NCBI GenBank assembly: GCA_049512075.1
Contig: JBEKXL010000005.1
Coordinates: 1-64,000 of the forward strand
Direction: 5' to 3'
Source of the DNA: Candidatus Bathyarchaeia archaeon
GTDB taxonomy: Archaea; Thermoproteota; Bathyarchaeia; Bathyarchaeales; Bathycorpusculaceae
DNA: 64,000 nt
Made by a program: the position numbers and the translations under genes. Each line of letters begins with the position of its first letter. Positions within the stretch are counted from its first letter, which is position 1. Positions 47,121 through 56,786 of the stretch are shown one piece after another. Under the pieces are notes generated by a model. It saw only the letters and a program-made list of their open reading frames with translations. It was not told the DNA's origin and searched no databases.

Positions 47121-49066
47121 ACCGCATCACACTCAAATACAAGGGGTACATGGGGAAAATCCTCCGAATAGATTTGACGGCAAGAAGGATACACAAGCAA
47201 GACTTACGGAATGAGGATGCCGAGAAGTTTCTAGGCGGCACAGGGTTCTGCACGAACATTCTTTACGATGAGACTGGCCCAGAAACGAACCCCCTTGGAC
47301 CAGAAAACCGCCTAATATTCGCAGTCGGCCCCCTATCAGCCACAACGTGGCCAGAGTCAGGAAGATACGAAGTTGGCGGCAAGAGTCCGCTCACCAACAT
47401 TCTTGGAGGAGCAAATTCTGGAGGAAGCTTCGGACCTGAAATGAAACGGGTCGGCTACGACGCCATTATTTTCCAAGGTCGTGCGTCCAAACCGGTCTAC
47501 GTCTACATAGAAGATGGAGAGGTCAAGATATTAGACGCAAGAAACCTTTGGGGAAAAGACACTGAGGAAACCATGACAATAATAAGCCAAGACCATGGTC
47601 AGAAAACTCAAGTAGCTTGCATAGGCCAAGGTGGAGAGAACCTTGTGCGTTACGCGGGAATAGTCACGGACCGTTTCCGCCTTGCAGCTCGGTCGGGCTT
47701 GGGGGCAGTCATGGGTTCCAAGAATCTGAAAGCCCTCGCTTTGAAAGGAAGTCTTCGTGTAGAAGTTGCGGACCCAGAGCGTTTCACTGAGCTTGTCGCC
47801 GAGGCAGATAAGAGAATCAAAGCAGACCCTTTTGTGCCCGAAGTCAGAAAGTACGGTACGACGATTCTTGTCGGAGCAATGAACGAGATCGGAAGGTTTC
47901 CGACCAGGAACTTCCAGACAGGAGTTTTTCCCGCGGCTGACAAGATCAGTGGCGAAGTGCTTGTTGAGAAATATAAAATAGCGGACAAGGCATGCTTCGG
48001 TTGCAGGCTTGCATGCAAGAACGTCATCAGAGTCAAGAAAGGCCGCTTCAAGGGAATGACACTGGATCATCCCGAATACGAAACGATATGTGCCTTCGGA
48101 GGCCGAATCGGAAACGACGATCTCGATTCGATAATTGAGGCGCACGTTCTCTGCAACCTCTACGGCATCGACACCATTTCAACCGGCGGCGTAATAGCGT
48201 TCATGATGGAACTATACGAGAAAAGAATAATCAGCGAAGCAGACACAGGAGGCATTGCTTTCAGGTGGGGAGACAAAGACCTGGCTCTGGACCTGATACG
48301 CAAGATCGCATACCGAGAGGGCATAGGCGACCTTCTGGCCGAGGGAACCAAGAGAGTTGCAGAGCGGCTTGATCGCGGTGCGGAAAAATACGCCATGCAC
48401 GTTAAAGGAATGGACATTCCCGCTCAGGATGGCAGAGCACAGAAATCGATGGGGCTGGCACACGCAGTCTCCACAAGAGGGGCAGATCATCTGCGCGCCT
48501 CGGCTTTTCTGGACGAAATAGGTTTTGAAGAGGCTGTGAAGAAACGTTTTGGCAAACGCTATCTGCCCGAAATGGCAAACAGGCTGGACGAAACATACAA
48601 GGGAGTGATGGTTAAGGAGTGTGAAGACTTTGCAGCCGTCGTGAGCTCGCTAGGTCTCTGCTTGACTGGAGGGTATGCGTACCCGCCAATCTTCTATTTC
48701 AAGGATCTCGCAGAAGCCGTCAGAGCCGCAACAGGGATGGAAGCCACTGAGAAATTCTTGCGGACAGCCGGAGAACGCATAGTCAATCTCCAGAGAGCAT
48801 ACAACATTCGCGAAGGCTTGTCTCGGAAAGACGATAAACTGCCGGCGAGGTTTACCGAAGAACCGAGTCCGGACGGGCCGTGCAAGGGACAAAAAGTGAA
48901 ACTCGAAATGATGCTGGACGAGTATTATCAGACACGCGGATGGGACGTCAAAACTGGTCTAATCCCCCGAGAGAAACTGGAACAACTCAACCTGAAGAAC
49001 GTTGCAGACGATCTTGGCAGAAGGGGGAAGCTTCCAATGAGGAATAGGAAAACTCATGGTGGGTAG
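47117..49066 (+). CDS. Tungsten-containing aldehyde:ferredoxin oxidoreductase family
   Basis: GYMGKILRIDL, KSPLT, ARSGLGAVMGSK, CFGCRLAC, PEYET, HVKGMD, RGADH. Start uncertain (CTG 47117 or ATG 47150). Confidence 0.92.
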   Translation: MNRITLKYKGYMGKILRIDLTARRIHKQDLRNEDAEKFLGGTGFCTNILYDETGPETNPLGPENRLIFAVGPLSATTWPESGRYEVGGKSPLTNILGGANSGGSFGPEMKRVGYDAIIFQGRASKPVYVYIEDGEVKILDARNLWGKDTEETMTIISQDHGQKTQVACIGQGGENLVRYAGIVTDRFRLAARSGLGAVMGSKNLKALALKGSLRVEVADPERFTELVAEADKRIKADPFVPEVRKYGTTILVGAMNEIGRFPTRNFQTGVFPAADKISGEVLVEKYKIADKACFGCRLACKNVIRVKKGRFKGMTLDHPEYETICAFGGRIGNDDLDSIIEAHVLCNLYGIDTISTGGVIAFMMELYEKRIISEADTGGIAFRWGDKDLALDLIRKIAYREGIGDLLAEGTKRVAERLDRGAEKYAMHVKGMDIPAQDGRAQKSMGLAHAVSTRGADHLRASAFLDEIGFEEAVKKRFGKRYLPEMANRLDETYKGVMVKECEDFAAVVSSLGLCLTGGYAYPPIFYFKDLAEAVRAATGMEATEKFLRTAGERIVNLQRAYNIREGLSRKDDKLPARFTEEPSPDGPCKGQKVKLEMMLDEYYQTRGWDVKTGLIPREKLEQLNLKNVADDLGRRGKLPMRNRKTHGG

Positions 49067-50916
49067 GCGTTGCAGGCTTTCAGCCCGAGTTCTTTGAGCT
49101 TTTCTTTTCGGGGGGTTCCCTGCTTGGACCATCCCCTAAGACGGTAGTATTTCGAGAGCATCCTGTCCAGTTCGACTGTGCTTCCTTCGAGTGGTTCTTT
49201 GAGGAACCTCTGGGGTAGCTGATCGTCCTTTCGAGAGAACCCCTCTCGTACGTTGAAGCATCGTTCCAGGTTGACGATTCTTTCTCCACAGTTCAAGAGT
49301 TCTTCTTCGGTGAAATTCTCTCCTGTCAACGCTGTGAGGGCTTTTGCAAAATCTGAAGGCATGAAAACGTAGGTTTCGGTCGTGGTGAATTTGCAGACGC
49401 CTAAGGCGTCCGTGATTGCGCAATAGTTTTCAGTGAAAACTACAATTTCAGGCTTGTACGTTGGGTTCCTCGTGTCCAAGATCTTTTCCAAAGGCTTTCG
49501 GGGGAAGAGCTGCTTCGCAACTTCCGTTTTTCGTGCAGAGTCAATCGTTGGCAGAGCGTAGAGGTGATCTGCACCGCGGTTAGATACGGCGTGGCCCAAG
49601 CCGAAGGCTTTCAGAGTTCTCGACTCCTGTCTCGGTATCTCCATTCTCTTAACGTGCATCGCAAACCTGCTTGCCTGTCCGCCTATTCTCTCAGATGCTC
49701 TCGCCGTGCCTTCCGCCAAGACATCGCCGAATCCCTTGCGATGGGCAATCATCCGGATGAGTTCCAGCGTGCTTTCAGCGTTACCCCATTCTAGGGGGAG
49801 TCCCGTTTCCTCCTTGGATATCAAACCCTTTTCGTAGAGTTCCATCGCGAAGGACACTGTCACGCCGGTTGAGATGGTGTCCAACCCCAGTTCATTGCAA
49901 AGCTGGTTGGCCTTCATGATCACGCTGAAATCTGCAATCCAGCACATCGGCCCGAAAGAGTCTATGCTTTCGTACTCTGGTCTCGAGCCCTCCAGAGGCG
50001 CGTATTTCCCTTCCGTGACTCTTGCGTATGCTCGACAGTGGATGGGACATGAGTAACATGTTTCTGGTTTGAGGAAATATCTCTCCCTTATCGTTTCTCC
50101 TGAAATCTGTTCAGCCCATGGAAACCTGGCGATCTGATGGTTCTTGGCTGGAAGGTCTCCTGTCTCATTCTTCGTGGCAATAAGCCACGGCGTGCCATAA
50201 TTGCACAGGCCTTTCAGTTGTGGGTTCTGAGGAGACCAGCTTTTGAGAGCAGCCGTGCATAACTCGCGGAATTTTTCAGGATATGCGGCCTCAACCTTGT
50301 CTTTTCCGGTCACTGCCACTGCTTTCAAGTTTTTGGAACCCATAACCGCTCCCAGTCCACATCTGCCAGCTACTCTGTCCCTGTCGGTTATGATTGAGGC
50401 TATTCGAACCAAGTTCTCGCCCGCCGGTCCTATGCAGGCAACACGGCACTTACCTATTTCTTCCTGAACTGCCTTTATCGCCTCGCTCGTTGTCCTCCCC
50501 CAGATGTGTGCGGCTGACTTCAACGTCGCAGTTTCGTTTTCAACGTGCAGATACGCGGGGTTTCTTGCTTTTCCTGATATGTGTATCAGGTCGTACCCAG
50601 CGAATTTCAGCTCTGGACCGAAGTAACCGCCAGCATGGGCGTACCCTAAACCGTTTGTGAGTGGCGATTTTGCTGCCACTGTTATTCTTGAAGAAGTCGG
50701 CCACATGGTTCCAGCTAGTGGTCCTGCGGAAAAGAGCAGGATGTTTTCAGGTGAAAACGGGTCTGTTTTTTCTTTCAGCTCTTCGAAAAGGTAGTACGAA
50801 GTTAGGCCACGTCCACCCAAGAACTTCTTCAGCATTGGCTTTTCAAGGCTATATTTTTGAACTTCGCCTGAAGTCAAGTCTACGTTTAGTGCTTTTCCCG
50901 TCCAACCGGATGTCAC
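49054..50916 (-). CDS. Tungsten-containing aldehyde:ferredoxin oxidoreductase family
   Basis: GWTGKALNVDL, GGRGL, KSPLT, GRCGLGAVMGSK, CYSCPIHC, PEYES, RGADH. Confidence 0.92.
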   Translation of the reverse strand: MTSGWTGKALNVDLTSGEVQKYSLEKPMLKKFLGGRGLTSYYLFEELKEKTDPFSPENILLFSAGPLAGTMWPTSSRITVAAKSPLTNGLGYAHAGGYFGPELKFAGYDLIHISGKARNPAYLHVENETATLKSAAHIWGRTTSEAIKAVQEEIGKCRVACIGPAGENLVRIASIITDRDRVAGRCGLGAVMGSKNLKAVAVTGKDKVEAAYPEKFRELCTAALKSWSPQNPQLKGLCNYGTPWLIATKNETGDLPAKNHQIARFPWAEQISGETIRERYFLKPETCYSCPIHCRAYARVTEGKYAPLEGSRPEYESIDSFGPMCWIADFSVIMKANQLCNELGLDTISTGVTVSFAMELYEKGLISKEETGLPLEWGNAESTLELIRMIAHRKGFGDVLAEGTARASERIGGQASRFAMHVKRMEIPRQESRTLKAFGLGHAVSNRGADHLYALPTIDSARKTEVAKQLFPRKPLEKILDTRNPTYKPEIVVFTENYCAITDALGVCKFTTTETYVFMPSDFAKALTALTGENFTEEELLNCGERIVNLERCFNVREGFSRKDDQLPQRFLKEPLEGSTVELDRMLSKYYRLRGWSKQGTPRKEKLKELGLKACNAYPP

Positions 50917-51010
50917 GATTGTTGATACTCCCGAACGTGTTATTTATCAATGCGTTTTGCCAGAGATAAGTTTGCTTACGGAAAAAGGCAAAATGCCGGC
51001 TTTCAATATA

Positions 51011-52027
51011 CTAGGTTTTGAAGGATGAAATGATGTCCGTCCCAGCTGACGTTATCCCTTTTTTCCCATCAGGCATAACGAAGATCATCTGTGTCACTCC
51101 AGCTTTGAAGAATTCTTCAACTCTTCCGAGACATTTGTTGGGCTTCCCAGCCACCGAAAACTCATCTATCATTTCATCCGTCATCAAGCCCATCGCTTCA
51201 GCGTCCATTCCTTTCTGCAAGGCTTCTCGAATAGATGCTACACGTTCTATCTTAGTGCCCAATGCCTCATGCACTGAATTCGCGGTGAAAGCAGTCATAA
51301 AAGTGGCCAAATGTCTCACTCTCTTCCTAGCCTCAGAGTCATTCTCGGCGATGGCAAAAGGGAGAATGTTGCCCACGTCTATTTCATCCATGCTCCTCCC
51401 CGCCTTTGAGGCCCCTTCCTCAATTGTTTTCAACGCGTTCTCAATGTAATGAAAAGGCGTGTTCAATAGAGAACCGTCAGCCAATTCGCCGACCATCTGC
51501 ATAAACTTGGGGCTTCTGGCTGCCAGATAAACTGGAACCTTGGTCTTCGGATGAAAAGAAAGATGAACGCCGTTTGCCTTTATCATTTCTCCATCATAGT
51601 CCACAGTTTCGCCAGCCAATACCCGATTCATAACGTTGATACCCTCCCGAACTGTGGCTAAAGGTTTCTCCCACATCTTTATTCCCAACGGTCTGAGAGG
51701 CATTTCTCCTCCGGGCCCCAAACCGACGACAACGCGTCCATTCGCCATTTCCTCGAGCGTGGATGCAAAGACGGCTAAGAGCGCCGGATGTTTCGTGTAG
51801 AAGTTGCATATGCCCGTTCCAATCTTAATCTCGGATGTTTTGAGAGCCACGGTTGTCATGTTTACAATAACGTCCCTGCAAAGAGGCGAAGGATTCTCGT
51901 CCGCAATCCAAACGTGTTTGAAACCATGCGTTTCAGCTGCCTTGGCCAGTTTCGCCGTGTCCAAGGCGGGAGCGAAACCAGCGAGGTTCAGTCCAAAAGT
52001 TCTTGTGCGAGCCATGTTTGTCTTCAC
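51011..52027 (-). CDS. LLM-family (likely F420-dependent) reductase, Mer-like
   Basis: AETHGFKHVWIADE, IGTGICNFYTKHPA, GLGPGG, VPVYLAA..PK....GELADG. Confidence 0.8.
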   Translation of the reverse strand: MKTNMARTRTFGLNLAGFAPALDTAKLAKAAETHGFKHVWIADENPSPLCRDVIVNMTTVALKTSEIKIGTGICNFYTKHPALLAVFASTLEEMANGRVVVGLGPGGEMPLRPLGIKMWEKPLATVREGINVMNRVLAGETVDYDGEMIKANGVHLSFHPKTKVPVYLAARSPKFMQMVGELADGSLLNTPFHYIENALKTIEEGASKAGRSMDEIDVGNILPFAIAENDSEARKRVRHLATFMTAFTANSVHEALGTKIERVASIREALQKGMDAEAMGLMTDEMIDEFSVAGKPNKCLGRVEEFFKAGVTQMIFVMPDGKKGITSAGTDIISSFKT

Positions 52028-52076
52028 CTGTCTAAATGCTTAAGTCGGCACTCAGAAATATTAAAATGGTGGAAAA

Positions 52077-53042
52077 ATGCTGAGCGTCAATAAATCAGCT
52101 GCTTCGATTTGTAAGAAGATGCTGGATGAACCTGAGAAACTGAACATCAAATGCACCCGTTTCAAGAGTGGAGCATACTTGATTGACACCGGAAACAAAG
52201 CCACAGGGGGAATACAGGCAGGCTTGTATGTGACCAAGATATGCTTAGGAGGCGTGGGAAACGTATCGTTAACGTCGATGGATTTGGAAGAAATATCACT
52301 TCCAGCTGTAATGGTCTCAACAGATTTTCCGATTCTTTGTCTCCTGTGTCAAGCATCAGGTGGCTACCGAGAGGCGATGGAAGGCTGGATCAACTTCAAC
52401 GTCGGCTCGTACAATGCCATTGCGAGTGGACCGGCAAGAGCGTTGGTTCACGAACCCAAGAAACTGTTTGAAATGATTCCGTACCTGGACTCAGCTGAAG
52501 AAGCGGTGGTAGTCCTTCAATCGGAGCAGTATCCGAATGAGGAGGCTGCTGATTTGCTGGCAGAAAAATGTGGGGTCAACCCGGAGAATCTATATTTGGT
52601 TCTTGCTCCGCTTTCAAGCATGTCTGGACTCATTCAGGTGACCGGAAGGAGCGTTGAAAACGCGATGGTGAAGCTGCACACTCTTGGCTATGATGGGAAC
52701 AGCGTGGAAAACGCGTGCGGAATTGCGCCATTGCCTCCGCTGAAATCGACGCGGATGGTACCGGATGATATGCTTTCGTACGGGAGCATCGTCCACCTTT
52801 ACGTAATGCCTGATGAAGGAAGGGATTTGGAGCAAATCGCCTACAAGATGCCTTCAAGGACGTCAAAGTGTTACGGTCGATCTTTTTCAGATTTGATAAA
52901 GGAACATGGTGGGCTGAGGGGAATAGACCTTGATCTCTTTGCTCCCGCGGAGGTCTATGTTAACGACTTGTCAACTGGCGAACTGTACCACTCTGGCAGC
53001 GTCAACAGCACGTTGATCAAGACCATGGCAGGTCTTGGCTGA
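52077..53042 (+). CDS. mch: Methenyl-H4MPT cyclohydrolase-like protein, paralogue 1
   Basis: MLSVNKSA, ICLGG, ASGPARAL, QVTGRSVE, YGRSF, LFAPAEVYVNDLSTG. Confidence 0.85.
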   Translation: MLSVNKSAASICKKMLDEPEKLNIKCTRFKSGAYLIDTGNKATGGIQAGLYVTKICLGGVGNVSLTSMDLEEISLPAVMVSTDFPILCLLCQASGGYREAMEGWINFNVGSYNAIASGPARALVHEPKKLFEMIPYLDSAEEAVVVLQSEQYPNEEAADLLAEKCGVNPENLYLVLAPLSSMSGLIQVTGRSVENAMVKLHTLGYDGNSVENACGIAPLPPLKSTRMVPDDMLSYGSIVHLYVMPDEGRDLEQIAYKMPSRTSKCYGRSFSDLIKEHGGLRGIDLDLFAPAEVYVNDLSTGELYHSGSVNSTLIKTMAGLG

Positions 53043-53142
53043 ACTGGCCAGGCAACTGACCTTGCAATCGTTGCATATGGGAAGTGAACCGATCTTTTTA
53101 ATACACGACTGTCCAAGAAGGTTTGGGAACGCGATTAAGACT

Positions 53143-54636
53143 ATGCGGTCATCGTCCTGCCTGCTTGGCGTAGACATCGGAACAGAAGGCTGCAAAGCAA
53201 TAGTGTTTAACCTCAGGGGCGAATCTCTCGCGCGATCGTACCAACAGTATTCAATCACGATTCCTCAGTCTTCATGGGCGGAGCAAGACCCTCAACTGTG
53301 GTGGAAGGCTGTAAGAAAAAGCGTGGCAGATGTAGTCAAACAAACTTCCAATCGTCGAGGAGAAATTGCATGCGTCACCGTTTCGGGTCAATCTCCAGTT
53401 TTGGTTCCAGTTGACAGACGCGGCAATGCGTTAATGAATGCCCTCATCTGGATGGACCGGCGTGCGGTTGAGCAGTCCAAGACGATGGCCGAGACTGTTG
53501 GGATCACGGATGACGCTTCTATGAACTTGCCGAAAGCTATTTGGGTTAAAGAAAACAGGCCGCAGATTTTCCAGGAGACCTACAAGTTTCTTCAAACAAC
53601 GGACTTCATCGAATTCAAGTTGACAGGCAACTTTGTCACCGATTGGCTTAACGCAGGCACCTTTCACTTCGATTATCGCAGGCATGAGTGGCCCACTGGC
53701 CTCTTGAACCAGCTTGAAATATCAGTCGAGAAACTCCCAAAGGTTTTGCGCTCTTCAGAAATTGTCGGCACTGTGACTGATGTGGCCGCTCGTGAAACTG
53801 GTCTTAAGAAGGGCACACCAGTGGCGGCGGGTGGAATCGACGCCTATTTAGCCATAATAGGCGCAAACGCATTGACCGTGGGCTCAGCATGTGAGATAAC
53901 AGGAAGCTCCACGTGCCTGATGGTTCCTTCAAGACAGGATGTTCATGATCCTGAGAAGAGAGTGCAGTGTGAAAAGTTTCCACTATTGCCCAATTTCTGG
54001 ATCACATGGGGAACGATGTCTTCAACTGGGGCTTCTCTGAGATGGTTCCGAGACAACGTCGAACCCCAAGCATCCTACCAAGACTTGGACGCCGAAGCTG
54101 AAAAAGCACCCCCAGGATCCGGCGGGCTCATCTTTCTACCTTACCTAATGGGAGAGCGAAGCCCGTTATGGGACCCATACGCCAGAGGGGTCTTCATAGG
54201 CTTATCATTAAATCATTCTCGCAAGCATCTGATAAGGGCCGTGCTTGAAGGGTGCGCGTTCGGCATAAGACACAACTTGCAAATAATCGAGCAGTTGGGT
54301 GCGAAGGTAGATGAGATCAGAAGTTGTGGCGGAGCTGCAAAGAGCAGGTTCTTTGGACAAATCAAGGCTGACGTAACCGGGAAGACAGTGGTTATTCCGC
54401 GGGAAATCGAAGCCTCCGCTCTTGGCGCGGCCATACTCGCATCGGTCGGCGCAGGATTCTATCCAAATCTGAGAAAGGCCGCTGAAAACATGGCGCACAC
54501 AAAATGCAGAATCAACCCTCGAGAAAGCCTCTTTGAGAAATACGACTTCTCGTTCCGAATGTACAAAGACGCCTATCTACATTTGAAAAAGTACTTCAAA
54601 CGCTACTATTCCTCTGGAAACGCAGTTTCGAACTGA
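53143..54636 (+). CDS. FGGY family carbohydrate kinase (xylulokinase-like)
   Basis: GVDIGT, WAEQDP, WMDRR, GGID, FLPYLMGERSP, EGCAF, GGAAKS. Confidence 0.9.
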   Translation: MRSSSCLLGVDIGTEGCKAIVFNLRGESLARSYQQYSITIPQSSWAEQDPQLWWKAVRKSVADVVKQTSNRRGEIACVTVSGQSPVLVPVDRRGNALMNALIWMDRRAVEQSKTMAETVGITDDASMNLPKAIWVKENRPQIFQETYKFLQTTDFIEFKLTGNFVTDWLNAGTFHFDYRRHEWPTGLLNQLEISVEKLPKVLRSSEIVGTVTDVAARETGLKKGTPVAAGGIDAYLAIIGANALTVGSACEITGSSTCLMVPSRQDVHDPEKRVQCEKFPLLPNFWITWGTMSSTGASLRWFRDNVEPQASYQDLDAEAEKAPPGSGGLIFLPYLMGERSPLWDPYARGVFIGLSLNHSRKHLIRAVLEGCAFGIRHNLQIIEQLGAKVDEIRSCGGAAKSRFFGQIKADVTGKTVVIPREIEASALGAAILASVGAGFYPNLRKAAENMAHTKCRINPRESLFEKYDFSFRMYKDAYLHLKKYFKRYYSSGNAVSN

Positions 54637-54644
54637 CGGAGGGC

Positions 54645-55640
54645 ATGAACATAAATCCCGAAGGATTCGTTAAAGACCTCGAAAACTCTCAAGAAATTCC
54701 TGACCACATCAAACGGCCGAACATCGTAGTTGTCGGCAGCCTACACATGGACTTGACGATCAAGGCCAAGACAATCCCCCGTCTAGGTGAGACAGTGCTC
54801 GGTGACGAGTTCAAGATGTCCCCCGGAGGAAAAGGGGCGAATCAAGCTGTAGCCGCAGCAAAACTGGGGGGAAACGTCACATTAATCGGCAGAGTCGGAA
54901 CTGAGGCTTTCGGAACTGACCTGATAAGAAATACTGGACAGCACCGGATAAACACGAAGTTTATCGTACAAGACAAAGAAACACAGACAGGGCTAGCGTT
55001 GATAATGGTTGACCAGAACGGCAACAACATTATCGCCGTTGCTCCAGGCGCAGATCTGAGGTGCAGCAAAGAAGACATTGACCACGCTGATTCAGTCATA
55101 AAGTCCGCTGACATTTTTCTCGCACAATTAGAAACACCTTTCCCGGTTGTTCAACACGCTATCCAGAAAGCCTTTCAATTCAGAGTCAAGGTGATTTTGA
55201 ATCCGTCTCCAGCTCACAGACTGCCTGAATCTCTACTCAAGAAAGTGTTCGTACTGACTCCGAATGAAAGTGAGGCAGAGAAACTGAGCGGTATTAACAT
55301 AACGGGTTTAAACTCTGCAAAAGAGGCGATCACAGAAATCTTGAAAAAAGGTACCGAAAACATCGTTCTCACGATGGGAAAAGAAGGAGCCCTAGTCGGA
55401 GCAAAAGGAGAAATAGTCCACGTCAAGAGTCCCAAAGTAAACCCGGTGGACACCACCGGTGCGGGAGACGCTTTCTGTGGCGCGTTGGCAGTGGCGATAT
55501 CTTCAGGAGAAAACTTGGAAAAAGCAGTAGTCTACGCGAACTGTGCAGGAGCTTTGGCCACGACCAAGATAGGAGCTCAAGAAGCCTTGCCCACGCGAGA
55601 AGAACTTGAAAGATTCATGAGAAGAAAGGGTCTCGTCTAA
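54645..55640 (+). CDS. rbsK: Ribokinase
   Basis: VVGSLHMD, GGKGANQA, NPSPA, TPNESE, DTTGAGDAF, GAQ. Confidence 0.88.
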   Translation: MNINPEGFVKDLENSQEIPDHIKRPNIVVVGSLHMDLTIKAKTIPRLGETVLGDEFKMSPGGKGANQAVAAAKLGGNVTLIGRVGTEAFGTDLIRNTGQHRINTKFIVQDKETQTGLALIMVDQNGNNIIAVAPGADLRCSKEDIDHADSVIKSADIFLAQLETPFPVVQHAIQKAFQFRVKVILNPSPAHRLPESLLKKVFVLTPNESEAEKLSGINITGLNSAKEAITEILKKGTENIVLTMGKEGALVGAKGEIVHVKSPKVNPVDTTGAGDAFCGALAVAISSGENLEKAVVYANCAGALATTKIGAQEALPTREELERFMRRKGLV

Positions 55641-55753
55641 GCTGTCGATTTTGCGCCCTTTTTGCGCCAGAAACCCCGATTCGACGACCACGGCGTGCCG
55701 CCTAACAGGATATATACCTTCATGTTTATTGTTATGCGCGAGAGGCAAGGGAC

Positions 55754-56782
55754 TTGAAGACAGCGGTATACTATGGGCCTCGAGATGTGAGAATTGAAGA
55801 AAAAGAAGTCCCAGAAATCGGTGACAAAGAATTATTGGTTAAGGTCCATGTTTGCGGCGTCTGTGGGACAGATGTTAAAACGGTCCTGAGAGGGCATCCT
55901 CTGATTAAACCTCCAGCGGTTCTTGGGCACGAAATTGCAGGCGATATCATCAGGATAGGAAAAGATGTCACGGAGCACAGAATAGGCGAGCGCGTCGTCG
56001 TCGCCCCGTATGTTCCGGACGGCACATGCTACTACTGCCTGCGTGGGCGATACACGTTGTGCACTGGGCTTTATGAAGAATCACCTACACCGGGCGGGTT
56101 TGCTGAATTCGTAAAGGTGCCGCCTAACATTGTGAAGAAAGGAACGCTTGAAATTCCGAACACAGTTTCATACGAGGAAGCGGCTCTCACCGAGCCTTTG
56201 GCGTGTTGTCTTCACGGAATCGAAGAATGCCACGTTGGTGTAGGCGACTGCGTTGCGATCGTCGGCGACGGCCCAATAGGCCTGATGCATTTGCAGCTGG
56301 CAAAAGTCAAGGGAGCGACGAAGATAATCCTGAGCGGGCAGCTGAATGACCGATTAACGTTGGCGGAGGAACTTGGCGCAAGCGTGACGGTCAACGAAAC
56401 CGAGGAAAACCCTGTCAAAAAGGTTATGGACGAAACGAACAACCGAGGGGGGGATGTGGTCATTGTTGCTGTAGGCAGTGTGGCAGCGGTGGACCAAGGC
56501 CTGAAACTGGTCAGAAAGGGAGGGATAGTGAATCTCTTCGGTGGATTTCCTGGCCAGTCAGAACTCAAGCTTGACCCCAACTTAATTCATTATTCGGAAG
56601 TCACAGTAACAGGAACCTTCGGGTTCTCACACATCAATTTTGCTAGGGCTCTTCAACTGATAAGCACAAGAAGCGTTAAAATGAATAAGCTAATAACACA
56701 CAGGTTCAAACTCGATGAAGTCCTGACAGCCATAGACGTGTTAGCAGATCGCAAAGGGCTTAAAGCCGTTGTGACAATTTAG
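55754..56782 (+). CDS. Zn-dependent polyol (sorbitol/iditol-type) dehydrogenase
   Basis: CGTD, GHE, DGTCYYC..G...LC structural Zn site, EPLAC, GDGPIG. Confidence 0.88.
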   Translation: MKTAVYYGPRDVRIEEKEVPEIGDKELLVKVHVCGVCGTDVKTVLRGHPLIKPPAVLGHEIAGDIIRIGKDVTEHRIGERVVVAPYVPDGTCYYCLRGRYTLCTGLYEESPTPGGFAEFVKVPPNIVKKGTLEIPNTVSYEEAALTEPLACCLHGIEECHVGVGDCVAIVGDGPIGLMHLQLAKVKGATKIILSGQLNDRLTLAEELGASVTVNETEENPVKKVMDETNNRGGDVVIVAVGSVAAVDQGLKLVRKGGIVNLFGGFPGQSELKLDPNLIHYSEVTVTGTFGFSHINFARALQLISTRSVKMNKLITHRFKLDEVLTAIDVLADRKGLKAVVTI

Positions 56783-56786
56783 CTCA

